Origin: Planctomycetaceae bacterium
GTDB lineage: Bacteria > Planctomycetota > Planctomycetia > Planctomycetales > Planctomycetaceae
NCBI GenBank assembly: GCA_040382995.1
Contig: JBEIEK010000001.1
Location: forward strand, 21,919 to 85,918
Length of the DNA stretch: 64,000 nucleotides
Direction of reading: 5' to 3'
Shown here: positions 18,368 through 27,660 of the stretch, piece after piece
Numbering within the stretch: the stretch's first letter is position 1
Layout: each line of letters begins with the position of its first letter
Position numbers and translations under genes: made by a program
Notes under the pieces: model-generated
Told to the model about the DNA's origin: nothing
Seen by the model: the letters and a program-made list of their open reading frames with translations, nothing else
Databases searched by the model: none

Positions 18368-19153
18368 ATGACGACTCAGGTCGAAACGGCCAGCATCTAC
18401 GATTACCCCAAATACTACGATCTGCTGTTCGGCTCAGACGTGGCAGCCGAATTTCGGTTCCTCAAGGACTGTTTCGCCAAACACGCCAAATGCGAAGTGC
18501 GCTCGATCTTCGAACCTGCCTGCGGCACCGGTCGACTGCTGGTGAAGCTTGGTCGCGATGGCTATCAGGTCGCCGGAAATGATCTGAACCCCAACGCCGT
18601 GGAATTCTGCAACAAGCGGCTCCACCGACACCGGCTGCCGCCAACAGTCACGGTGGGCGATATGGCGGACTTCACCGTCAAACGCAAGTTCCACGCGGCG
18701 TTCAACATGATCAACACGTTCAGGCACCTGGCCACCGAAGAACAGGCCCTCGCACACCTCGAATGCATGGCCAGAGGACTCGTTCGGGGTGGGCTCTACG
18801 TGCTCGGGATCCACCTCGAACCCACCATCGGCGTCCCCATGCAGGAAGAAAGCTGGTCGGCCCGCCGCGGGGATCTCGTCGTCAACTCACACATGTGGTC
18901 CAAAGGCATCGATCGGGAAACCAGACTGGAACACCTCGGACTGCACGTCGACGTGTTCACTCCCACCAGCCGACTGCGAATTGTCGATCACATGGAATAT
19001 CGAACCTACAAACACGCGGAATTCCTGTCATTGCTGGCCAAAGTCCCGGCACTGCAGATTGCCGAAACCTACGACTTCCAGTATCGCATCACCAAGCCGC
19101 ACAATGTCACCCCCACAACCGAAGATGTGGTCTTCGTACTCCGCAAACGCTGA
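18368..19153 (+). CDS. class I SAM-dependent methyltransferase
   Basis: Start trimmed to ATG 18368. Motif I FEPACGTGRLLVKL, followed by VAGNDLN. Confidence 0.8.
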   Translation: MTTQVETASIYDYPKYYDLLFGSDVAAEFRFLKDCFAKHAKCEVRSIFEPACGTGRLLVKLGRDGYQVAGNDLNPNAVEFCNKRLHRHRLPPTVTVGDMADFTVKRKFHAAFNMINTFRHLATEEQALAHLECMARGLVRGGLYVLGIHLEPTIGVPMQEESWSARRGDLVVNSHMWSKGIDRETRLEHLGLHVDVFTPTSRLRIVDHMEYRTYKHAEFLSLLAKVPALQIAETYDFQYRITKPHNVTPTTEDVVFVLRKR

Positions 19154-19189
19154 GCCGCATACCACTCCGTCTTCCACCGGATTTCACGG

Positions 19190-20107
19190 ATGAAATCATT
19201 CGCCAACCGCACTGCACTGATTACCGGCGCCGCCAGCGGCATCGGGCTGGCACTCGCCAAAGCGCTCGCCAAAGAACACTGCAGCCTGATTCTGGTCGAC
19301 GTGAATAGTCCGGGCCTCCAGGCTGCCGCCGCCAGCCTGGCAAACGCCCCCCGACCTGTGCACACACTCGTCTGTGATCTTGCCGATCCGGATGCCATCG
19401 TCCCCATGGTTCAGGCCGCCTCCAGACTCGCCGGCGGACCTGATCTGCTCATCAACAACGCCGGCATCGCGCTCTACGGCCCCACCAACGAAATGACTCA
19501 GGAACAATGGGATCGCGTGCTGCAGGTGAACCTGCTGGCACCCGTCCGCATCACCAGCCTGCTGCTCCCGGAACTGCTCCTCAAGGACGATCCGCATATT
19601 GTGAACATGTGCAGCATCTCAGGACTGGTCGCCGGTGGCCGCTTCACGGCCTATCACACCAGCAAGTTCGGGCTGGTGGGCTTCACGGAAGCTCTGCGGG
19701 CGGAATTTGGTCGACGCGGCGTTGGTGTGACGGCCATCTGTCCCGGCCCCGTGCTCACACCGCTCTATCAGACCGCTCAGAATTCTCGCAGCGGGGCGTC
19801 TGTACCGATGCCCCCAGCCTGGCTCTGCGCCACTCCTGAAGCCGTCGCCGCTCGGACGCTCAAAGCCATCCGCCGAAACGAGCGCCAGGTGCTGATCACT
19901 CCCCTCGCGCACCTCCTGCACATGCTCAAACGCTGCTGCCCCTCGCTGATCGACTGGGCCAACCAATTCAGCCGCAACGGCCGCAAACGCCGCCTGGCTG
20001 CTGCTGCGGCGGCAAAGGCCACTGCGGCAACAGGCACTGCGGCAACAGCCACTGCGGCAACGGCAGCGCCGCCGCGAATGGAACACAGCGAAAAACACGC
20101 CGCGTGA
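19190..20107 (+). CDS. SDR-family oxidoreductase with Ala/Thr-rich C-terminal tail
   Basis: TGAASGIGLA cofactor motif. NNAG. Catalytic YHTSK. Confidence 0.9.
   Translation: MKSFANRTALITGAASGIGLALAKALAKEHCSLILVDVNSPGLQAAAASLANAPRPVHTLVCDLADPDAIVPMVQAASRLAGGPDLLINNAGIALYGPTNEMTQEQWDRVLQVNLLAPVRITSLLLPELLLKDDPHIVNMCSISGLVAGGRFTAYHTSKFGLVGFTEALRAEFGRRGVGVTAICPGPVLTPLYQTAQNSRSGASVPMPPAWLCATPEAVAARTLKAIRRNERQVLITPLAHLLHMLKRCCPSLIDWANQFSRNGRKRRLAAAAAAKATAATGTAATATAATAAPPRMEHSEKHAA
20018..20062. repeat. 15-bp tandem repeat x3 inside the SDR 3' end
   Basis: gccactgcggcaaca / ggcactgcggcaaca / gccactgcggcaacg, encoding ATAATGTAATATAATA. Confidence 0.85.
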
Positions 20108-20316
20108 TAAACGCAGATCTCACCAGCCTGCCTGTGGCCATTCTCGCCGACAATCGGCTCCCAGTGGCAGCGATAGCCGAAGACATCTGAACGCTGGACT
20201 GCGGGTTTCCGGGAAAGTCATCGGGGGCAGATAAAGTCTGGCCAGCAGCATTCGCCTGAGCGTTACGCTGCAACCGTGATCTGGTCTTCGAGGTTGCCTG
20301 TCTTCGCCCCACACAG

Positions 20317-21090
20317 ATGTTGAAACGCGAGATCTCCATGAAAGTCATCCGGTTACCGCTGCTGCTTCTTTTGCCGCTGCTGTCGGCCGGCTTTCTGCTG
20401 CCTTCCACGGCCGCGCAGGATTGGCTGCCACAGCAGACGTGGGTGCCGTCCGAGGAGTTTGCGGAATTCGAGGACGAGGACCTTCCGGTAGAACCCGGGC
20501 AACTGGGACGCCACTACCTCGAACTGCAGTACCTGCAGGTGGAGACCCTCAGCCAGGACGTTGATCTCACTGATCCACTCAAAGGGTTCTCATTTATCTT
20601 CAACGTACCGTCCCGCTGGAACGATCGACTCCCGGAATTCATGGGGCAGGATGTGTTCCTGGCTACGCTGGGGCTGCAGGGGAGCGGAGCGGATCCCGGG
20701 GGCCTGGCTTCAGTGGATCTCGAGCTGCGTTCCTTCAGCAGCGGTCTGACCACCTATTTATTCGTCACCGAAAACTTTCGCCCGTTTGTACAGCTGGGCG
20801 TCACCACACAGATGTTTCAGGCCGACCTGAATTTCCTTGGTGCCACGCTTCCGTTCGGTGATCTGGACACGAAATTGATGGCAAATCCAGGCTTTGAGCT
20901 GGACCTTGGAGAACGAGTGGCGTGGAGGAATCTGCTGGAGTCGGAAACAAAGGAGTCTTTCAAGGACTCTGGGTTTCGCTCTGAACTGGTGTTCTGGCCC
21001 GGCAGTCGCTGGTTCCTGAAAGGTGGCATCGCCGGGGACCTGCGTGGCGAGAGCTGGGGCTTTCTGTTGGGTGGCGGATATTCGTGGTAG
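20317..21090 (+). CDS. secreted protein, possible outer-membrane beta-barrel
   Basis: Signal peptide MKVIRLPLLLLLPLLSAGFLLPSTAAQ (alternative ATG at 20338). Alternating hydrophobic pattern. Aromatic C-terminus GGGYSW. Confidence 0.55.
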   Translation: MLKREISMKVIRLPLLLLLPLLSAGFLLPSTAAQDWLPQQTWVPSEEFAEFEDEDLPVEPGQLGRHYLELQYLQVETLSQDVDLTDPLKGFSFIFNVPSRWNDRLPEFMGQDVFLATLGLQGSGADPGGLASVDLELRSFSSGLTTYLFVTENFRPFVQLGVTTQMFQADLNFLGATLPFGDLDTKLMANPGFELDLGERVAWRNLLESETKESFKDSGFRSELVFWPGSRWFLKGGIAGDLRGESWGFLLGGGYSW

Positions 21091-21120
21091 CACTGATTGC
21101 GGTGAAGTGACCACGACTGC

Positions 21121-22497
21121 TCAAATCGATGCGTACGCCACCACGAGGGCTGTCACTGTCAGCGGAATCACCAGCGTGACCACGGCGATATCTGCGTAGC
21201 TTTGACGATGCGTGCAGCGGCAAATGAGCAGCAAAGTAATGACCGCGCCGTTGTGAGGCAGGCTGTCAAGGCCACCGCAGGACAACGCTGCAACGCGATG
21301 CAATAGTTCAGGATCGGTGCCCAGCCGTGCTCCCTGTTCACGCCAGGTTTCACCCAGAGACTCCATCGCGATGCTCAGGCCACCCGATGCAGAACCCGCC
21401 ACTCCCGCCAGCACGTTGACTGCCACGGCTTCGGAAACGAGCGGGCTGGACGGACTCAGCGATCCCAGCAGGGTGCGGATGGAAGCAAATCCGGAGAGCG
21501 CAGCGATCGTGGTGCCATAGCCGAACTCCACAGCCGTATTGAAGACGGGCAGCAGGCTGGCCTGAGCACCTTCAGTGAACCACTGATTCAGGCGTCGGAA
21601 GGAACCGGCGAAAAGCAGTCCGGCAAGGCCGTTGGCAATGAGCAGTGAGAGCAGCGCTGACCAGGTACCGATGACTCGGTCGAGCGATGTGCGGCCAAAA
21701 CGCGGCTCAGCAAGGAAGCTGGCGTCCATCCGCGGCAGGATCAGCAGTGACAGCAGCAGATTGGCAGCGAGAACCGCAGCAATAGGCGCGAAAGCAGCCA
21801 CCGTCGAGGGCAGCTGGATAGCATCCGCTGCAGCGGTGGATTCACCGGCTTCGTCACCGTACCCTTCTTCGCGTCGCTGCGCCGTTCCCGCACGATGTCG
21901 CAGCCAGAGCAGTCCGGAAATGAGGATTGCCAGCGACGCCACCAGCCCAACTTCGGCCGCCGCCCACGGCGTTGTGCCGAAGTAGGGCATCGGTATCAGA
22001 TTGGGCAGCTGAACTGTTCCGGGAAGAGCCGTCATGGTGAAGGTGAAGGAACCCAGTGCAATTGCAGCCGGAATGAGCCGCCGCGGCAGATTGGCTCGAC
22101 GAAAAAGATAATCAGCGATTGGAAAGACCGCGAACACCACCACAAATACCGACACGCCTCCGGCCGTCAGCAGTGCGCAGGTGAGCACCACAGCGGAGAT
22201 GGCCTGAGACGTGCCACAGCAATCCGTCAGCACCAGTGCTATGCGGCGGGCTGCACCGGAGTGCTGCATCTGAGTTCCGAAGATCGAACCCAGAAGAAAC
22301 AGGGGAAAGTAACGGGCGATGAACTGGCCGACACCCGGCATGAAGATTTGTGTGTACGCAGGCAGGAGCGGCGTACCGCCGTCAGCAATCACAGCCACCA
22401 GCACACATAACGGAGCAATGACCAGAACACTGGCTCCGCGCCACGCAAGCAGCATCAACAGAAGCAGGGAAAAAAGGATGCCGGCAACTTCAGGCAT
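21121..22497 (-). CDS. GntP/IT-superfamily permease
   Basis: Polytopic membrane protein. LGSIFGTQMQHSGAARRIA resembles the GntP-family motif. Start trimmed to ATG 22497. Confidence 0.65.
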   Translation of the reverse strand: MPEVAGILFSLLLLMLLAWRGASVLVIAPLCVLVAVIADGGTPLLPAYTQIFMPGVGQFIARYFPLFLLGSIFGTQMQHSGAARRIALVLTDCCGTSQAISAVVLTCALLTAGGVSVFVVVFAVFPIADYLFRRANLPRRLIPAAIALGSFTFTMTALPGTVQLPNLIPMPYFGTTPWAAAEVGLVASLAILISGLLWLRHRAGTAQRREEGYGDEAGESTAAADAIQLPSTVAAFAPIAAVLAANLLLSLLILPRMDASFLAEPRFGRTSLDRVIGTWSALLSLLIANGLAGLLFAGSFRRLNQWFTEGAQASLLPVFNTAVEFGYGTTIAALSGFASIRTLLGSLSPSSPLVSEAVAVNVLAGVAGSASGGLSIAMESLGETWREQGARLGTDPELLHRVAALSCGGLDSLPHNGAVITLLLICRCTHRQSYADIAVVTLVIPLTVTALVVAYASI

Positions 22498-22527
22498 GAC
22501 GGGCCCCGCAGGGACGGGTTGCAACCG

Positions 22528-23148
22528 TCAGTCCATAAAGACGCGCTTCCAGCCCTGATACATGCAGTCGAGGAGTTCTCGACCCGCCTCGGTTGCACGG
22601 TAGCGAATGAAACCTTCGCCTTCCTCTGCTTCCGGTTCGACGATCCGCACATTATCGGCTTCGCTGTACATCCAGGCTTCTTCCTGGAAGAGCTGGAACG
22701 GGCGATGCAGGTCCTTTTCCGAGATGGGCAGGAACACTTCACCATCCAGAAACAGCTGGTAACCGTACTCTTCCAGCTTTGGCCAGGGCAGATTGGAGGA
22801 ACTTCCGCGGTAATAGGGCTGCAGTGCGGATTCCTCGTCCGGCTTCACGTTGGGATTGTGAAGCATATCAATCGCGTTCCACGGACAGATCGTGAGCTGA
22901 TAAAATTCGTTGCTGTCGTTGGGAGAACGGTAGCACATCTGACAGCCGATGCAGCGGCTGGTGTCGATCTGGTGATAGCTTTGGGAAGGGATCGGGCTGA
23001 CCACTTCGTAGATGCAGTCGACAGGGCAGACGGTCGCGCACGAATTGCAGGACGTGCAGCTGTCCTTGTTGATCACGTTGATGTACCGAGTTTCCTTCTT
23101 CCGGTCGGATTTGCGAGTCCGGAAGTAGTCAGTCATGGAAATGGTCAT
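22528..23148 (-). CDS. 4Fe-4S dicluster-domain protein
   Basis: CTSCNSCATVCP and CIGCQMC...ICP cluster motifs. An acidic C-terminal extension of about 100 aa has no recognised family. Confidence 0.75.
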   Translation of the reverse strand: MTISMTDYFRTRKSDRKKETRYINVINKDSCTSCNSCATVCPVDCIYEVVSPIPSQSYHQIDTSRCIGCQMCYRSPNDSNEFYQLTICPWNAIDMLHNPNVKPDEESALQPYYRGSSSNLPWPKLEEYGYQLFLDGEVFLPISEKDLHRPFQLFQEEAWMYSEADNVRIVEPEAEEGEGFIRYRATEAGRELLDCMYQGWKRVFMD

Positions 23149-23398
23149 CGGAACGCTGCCTGTTGAGGAACGTGTGATGGCGGGATGGAAGAAGTTCGGG
23201 AGAGTTGAGCCGTTTGCCCTTAAATCCTACCGCTGTACCCCGCCTGCGGCAGTCGTGATCGGTCGGAATGCTGGTTTGGGAAGAGGATTTCCTGTCGTTG
23301 GGAAGGTCAATTCGGTCAGCAATCGAAAAACTGATCGCCTGCCTGCGGCTAAATGCTGCAATGCTAAAAGCGGACAAACTTGTCCACTTTCGAAGCGG

Positions 23399-23752
23399 TT
23401 ACTTTTCACGCTGCCCATTCTTTTCGTTGACAAGCACGATTTTGGGCAGGTGAGTCAGCCGCTGTTCTTCGCTGAATTCGGCATAGCTGCAGATAATCAC
23501 CAGATCGCCGACCTGGACCAGCCGCGCGGCGGCGCCGTTGAGACAGATGGTTCCGGAACCAGGCTGGCCGGGGATGGCGTAGGTGGTAAGTCGATTACCG
23601 TTATTGATGTCGTAGACGTCCACCTGTTCCCATTCGCAGATGTCGGCGGCCTCCATCAGGAGTGGGTCGATGGTGATGGAACCTTCGTAGTGGAGGCTGG
23701 CATCGGTCACGGTGGCGCGATGGATTTTGGATTTGAGCAGTGTGCGTTTCAT
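23399..23752 (-). CDS. panD: aspartate 1-decarboxylase
   Basis: [29 protein letters not shown] carries the pyruvoyl-forming G-S site. Size of 117 aa fits. Confidence 0.95.
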   Translation of the reverse strand: MKRTLLKSKIHRATVTDASLHYEGSITIDPLLMEAADICEWEQVDVYDINNGNRLTTYAIPGQPGSGTICLNGAAARLVQVGDLVIICSYAEFSEEQRLTHLPKIVLVNEKNGQREK

Positions 23753-23787
23753 TGGGGGGGAGACGGGGGACAGTGGCTTATGGGGAT

Positions 23788-25827
23788 TCAGGCGCGGAGG
23801 GAGGCTGAGAGTTTGGATTCACAGGCCGCGATAATGCGGCGAACAGATTCGTCAACTTCCTCGGCGGTGAGTGTTCGTTCCGGGGACTGGAAGCGGCAGG
23901 TGATCACGCAGGATTTGTGGTCCGTGGCGATTTGTTTTCCGCGGTAGAGTCCTGCGAATGCGGTTTCCGCCAGCAGGGGACCTGCGTGTTGCTGGACGGT
24001 CTGGCTCAGCTCAGCCCACGACACATGTTCCGGCAGAACGAAATTCAGATCGCGTGAGACAGCCGGGAAGCGAGGTAGTGGAGTGAAGCTGCGGGAGGGC
24101 TGGAAGAGTTGTTCGAGGAGCGGGAGTCGCAGCTCGGCGATGCAAACCTGGTCATGGAGTTCGCTGGCATCGAGCACATTGCGGCTGAGTTCTCCGAGCC
24201 AGCCGAGGAATTCGCCATTGATCCGCAGTTCAGCGCCGCGGCCATTCAGGAATTCCGGGCGACCGGAGGCTGACGACGTGACGGTGGCACCGGGTGCGAG
24301 GCTGGCGACGAGGCTTTCGACGAGGCCGAGAACGGAGGCGAAGGAGCGACCGGTGACGAGACCGACAGTGAGCGGTTCGGCGGTGGCTTCGGGCTGACCA
24401 GTCCCGGCCGCAAGGTAAACTCGGGCGATTTCAAACAGTTCTGCATTCAGCGTTCCGTGGCGTTCATTCTGCCGACGACACTGGAGCAGGCTGGGGATCA
24501 GACTTTGTCGCAGCTGGTTTTCGTGGCTGCGGCTGGAGTGACTGACGGCGACCGGTGCGAGTTCTCCGGCGGGCTGGAAAAGTTGTCGCTGGGCTTCGCT
24601 GACGAAGGACAAAGTGAGTGCTTCGTAGAGGCCGCAGGCGGTGAGGTGAGAGCGAATGGTGTCGAGAATGCGTTCGCGGGGAGTTCGGGCGGTGGCGACC
24701 ACGGGGAGGGGCGCGTTTGTCGGAATATGTTCATAACCATGAATACGAGCGATTTCTTCGATGAGGTCGCATTCGCGGGTCAGATCCAGTCGCCAGCCGG
24801 GAGGACGAAAGGTGGCTTCGGTGGAGGATTGTTCGAGGCAGTGCAGTCCAAGGTTTTGAAGGATTTCGGTGCAGGTATCCGGCGGTATGTCCACTCCAAG
24901 CAGTTGCCGAACTCGTTCGAAGCGAAGTCGCACGGGATCGCGCAGCGGGGGCAGTGGAGTGCCGGCGACCACGGAACCCTGAAGCAATGAGCCACCAGCC
25001 AGTTGCAGAATGAGTTCACAGCAGCGGCGGGAGGCCCAGTCGAGGTTTCGTCGATCGGTGCGGCGCTCGAAGCGATAGGAAGAGGGGCTGTGAAGCCTGA
25101 GAGCGCGAGCGGTGGCGCGCACAGAGAGCGACGAGAATGCAGCGGACTCGATCAGCACGTTGACCGTAGAGTCTGAAATCTCGGTATCGAGCCCGCCCAT
25201 GACGCCGGCGACCGCCACCGGACGTTCGGCATCAGCGATCACGCACATTCCGGCAGCGAGTTCGTAGTCGCGCTGATCGATCGCCTGAATCTTCTCGCCC
25301 TGACGCGCACGGCGAACGAGGATCCGGCCACCTCTGAGCCGATCGAAGTCGAAGGCATGCAGCGGCTGGCCGCATTCGAGCATCACGTAGTTGGTGACGT
25401 CAACAACATTGTTGACGGAGTTGATGCCGACGGCTGCGAGTCTGTCACGAAGCCATGCGGGGCTGGGGCCGATCCGCACACCACGAATCAGCCGGGCATG
25501 GTATTCCGGGCAAAGGTCTTCGCAGTCGATGCTGACGGAGACGCAGCCCGCAACCGGTGGACCGGATGCGGTGACGGAGGCTGGTGGTATCTGTAAGGGC
25601 TGCTGAAAGAGCACCGCTACCTCGCGAGCGACGCCGATGTGCCCAAGACAGTCCGGACGGTTGCTGGTGACCTCGAGGTCGATCGCCACATCTGGCTGAC
25701 TGAGTTCCTGGCAGACGTCGTGGAATTCTTCGAGATTCAGGCCGGAGAGAGTCAGGCGGCGTGTGAGTTCGGCGGTGGAGTCGGGCAGGGCGACGTAGTC
25801 GGCGAGCCAGCGGCGGCTGATGATCAT
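23788..25827 (-). CDS. pheT: phenylalanine--tRNA ligase beta subunit (short form)
   Basis: N-terminus [29 protein letters not shown] (B3_4). B5 and the C-terminal FDX-ACB-like region are present. Confidence 0.9.
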   Translation of the reverse strand: MIISRRWLADYVALPDSTAELTRRLTLSGLNLEEFHDVCQELSQPDVAIDLEVTSNRPDCLGHIGVAREVAVLFQQPLQIPPASVTASGPPVAGCVSVSIDCEDLCPEYHARLIRGVRIGPSPAWLRDRLAAVGINSVNNVVDVTNYVMLECGQPLHAFDFDRLRGGRILVRRARQGEKIQAIDQRDYELAAGMCVIADAERPVAVAGVMGGLDTEISDSTVNVLIESAAFSSLSVRATARALRLHSPSSYRFERRTDRRNLDWASRRCCELILQLAGGSLLQGSVVAGTPLPPLRDPVRLRFERVRQLLGVDIPPDTCTEILQNLGLHCLEQSSTEATFRPPGWRLDLTRECDLIEEIARIHGYEHIPTNAPLPVVATARTPRERILDTIRSHLTACGLYEALTLSFVSEAQRQLFQPAGELAPVAVSHSSRSHENQLRQSLIPSLLQCRRQNERHGTLNAELFEIARVYLAAGTGQPEATAEPLTVGLVTGRSFASVLGLVESLVASLAPGATVTSSASGRPEFLNGRGAELRINGEFLGWLGELSRNVLDASELHDQVCIAELRLPLLEQLFQPSRSFTPLPRFPAVSRDLNFVLPEHVSWAELSQTVQQHAGPLLAETAFAGLYRGKQIATDHKSCVITCRFQSPERTLTAEEVDESVRRIIAACESKLSASLRA

Positions 25828-25850
25828 TTCAGGGAGATTCCGGTTGTGAG

Positions 25851-25899
25851 TGTTCAGTGTTCAGTGGTCAGTGGTCAGTGGTCAGTGGTCAGTGGTCAG
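25851..25899. repeat. heptanucleotide tandem repeat, 7 units (TGKTCAG)
   Basis: tgttcag x2 then tggtcag x5. It spans the pheT upstream region and the last codons and stop of hisH. Confidence 0.95.
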
Positions 25900-26527
25900 T
25901 TGCCGGGGTCTGGCTGCAACTTACGAAGTTTCGCAGCAGCTGCAGGCCCGTGGACTGGCTTTTCTCGGGGTGAAACTGCACGGCCATGACATTGCTGCGG
26001 GCGACAGCGGACACGAATGGCGTACTGTAGCTGGTGGTCGCAGCAACCCAGGCATGATCGGTGGGGACGCAGTGGTAGCTGTGAACAAAATAGAACCACG
26101 GGTCTTTCGGAAGACCGTGAAAGAGCGGATGGGGCGGGGATTGGGCAGTGCTGAGCTGATTCCAGCCCATGTGAGGAATCTTGAATTCCGGCGGGAGCTG
26201 GAAGCGCTGCACGGTGCCGGGGATGACATCGAGTCCCTGATGGTGTCCATCTTCGAATGAGCTGGAGAAGAGCAGTTGCATGCCGAGGCAAATGCCAAGG
26301 AAGGGGCGGTCGGCGGCAATGGCATCTTTGAGGACATTCACAAGATCGTGCTGATGGAGCGCAGCGATGGCATCACGAAAGGCGCCGACACCCGGCAGCA
26401 CGATGCGGGACGCCCTGGCGAGGGCAGTGGGGGAGGAGCAGATTTCAGCGGGTTCCCCGATGTGTTCAAACGCTTTTTGAACACTGCGCAGGTTGCCCAT
26501 GCCGTAGTCGACGATGAGAGTAGTCAT
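25889..26527 (-). CDS. hisH: imidazole glycerol phosphate synthase, glutaminase subunit
   Basis: IVDYGMGNLRSV. VLPGVGAF. Nucleophile in LGICLGMQLL. The HPE triad is in VQFHPEKS. Confidence 0.95.
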   Translation of the reverse strand: MTTLIVDYGMGNLRSVQKAFEHIGEPAEICSSPTALARASRIVLPGVGAFRDAIAALHQHDLVNVLKDAIAADRPFLGICLGMQLLFSSSFEDGHHQGLDVIPGTVQRFQLPPEFKIPHMGWNQLSTAQSPPHPLFHGLPKDPWFYFVHSYHCVPTDHAWVAATTSYSTPFVSAVARSNVMAVQFHPEKSQSTGLQLLRNFVSCSQTPATDH

Positions 26528-26535
26528 GGATGGTT

Positions 26536-27504
26536 TCAGAAACTGAGCTGGAATTCGTTTTTACCGTCGGGTGTGACAGTTTGGCGGATGAGTTCTTCGG
26601 GAAGGTTGATGGGGATTCCGTTGGAGTTAATGAGTCCCACGATGTATGGACCGGCAGGGGCTCCGTATTGACTGTCGAAGGCTCGGAGTCGAAAGCGGCC
26701 CTGGTCGTCAGTGATTCCGGCCGCTGCGAGCACTTCCTGGCTGGGATCGGGTTCGGCGGGGGCGAATTCAACATTGACACCAGAGAGCGGTTTACCGCCT
26801 TGAATGACGGTTCCGGTGACTTCATACAGCGGAGGACCTTCGTAGATTTCACGGTTCATATACCAGAACCACGCGTAGCCAAGAATCAGGACTGCAGCAA
26901 TGCCCGGGAGACCGCGGGTTTTGAGGAACGTGATTTGTGCTGTGCGTGCTTCGGCCGAGCGGGCGTCTTCTTTGGTGAGTGGCGGGGGGGCGGAGGAAGT
27001 GTCACGTTTTTGCTGGTAGGCGCGGGCCAGCGCGTCAGCGGCGGAGCCTGTGGTTTCGGCGCTGGAAGCGACAGGTCGGGACGCGTCACCGGTTTTGCGA
27101 CCTTTGTCGCGGTCTTTGGACTTTTTGGTGGATTCGAAGTCCTTCATGAGCTCCGCAACGGAGGGTTTGCGGGCGGAAGCGGAGCCAGCAGGTGCGGAAG
27201 TGGCGGCCGAGGAGCGGGCTGGATTCGGGGCGGGGCTGGATGTCAGAAAACTGCCGGCGTCGAAGGGTTCCGGGCTGCTGACTTCGGGGGTGAGTTCGAT
27301 CGGCATATCAACGGGCAGATCGATCGGAAGGTCGGCCGCCGGCACATCCGCAGACGCCTCTTCGATTTCAATGCCGTCGTCGGCGTCCGGTTCGGGGACG
27401 ACAAACGCCCGCTTGCATTTGGGGCACTTCGCATCCGTGCCCGCTTTTTCATCGCGAATTTTGAGCAGGGACTGGCAGCCGGGGCAGGTGTAGCGGATTG
27501 TCAT
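26536..27504 (-). CDS. zinc-ribbon / single-TM / carboxypeptidase-regulatory-like domain protein
   Basis: Start trimmed to ATG 27504. CPGC...CPKC zinc ribbon. Low-complexity linker. TM helix GLPGIAAVLILGYAWFWY. C-terminal VTGTVIQGGKPLSGVNVEF...DDQGRFRL. Confidence 0.6.
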   Translation of the reverse strand: MTIRYTCPGCQSLLKIRDEKAGTDAKCPKCKRAFVVPEPDADDGIEIEEASADVPAADLPIDLPVDMPIELTPEVSSPEPFDAGSFLTSSPAPNPARSSAATSAPAGSASARKPSVAELMKDFESTKKSKDRDKGRKTGDASRPVASSAETTGSAADALARAYQQKRDTSSAPPPLTKEDARSAEARTAQITFLKTRGLPGIAAVLILGYAWFWYMNREIYEGPPLYEVTGTVIQGGKPLSGVNVEFAPAEPDPSQEVLAAAGITDDQGRFRLRAFDSQYGAPAGPYIVGLINSNGIPINLPEELIRQTVTPDGKNEFQLSF

Positions 27505-27660
27505 GGGACGACTTTGCAAAAACCGGACCGGGAGTACAGGTTCGCCGGATTCTAGTGAATAGCGACGCGAAACGCAGGTGAAAACACAAAAACGCCAGGT
27601 GGCCGGAAAACGGCGACACCTGGCGTCAAAGTCTGCAGATTGAATGCTGAGGTTGTTCCG

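Noticed and set aside
25850-26260. 136-aa plus-strand ORF beginning in the heptamer repeat (MFSVQWSVVSGQWSVVS...). I also considered the heptamer array as a CRISPR.
   Set aside because: The ORF is antisense to hisH and its N-terminus is only the translated microsatellite. The 7-bp units are contiguous with no spacers, so this is not a CRISPR array.
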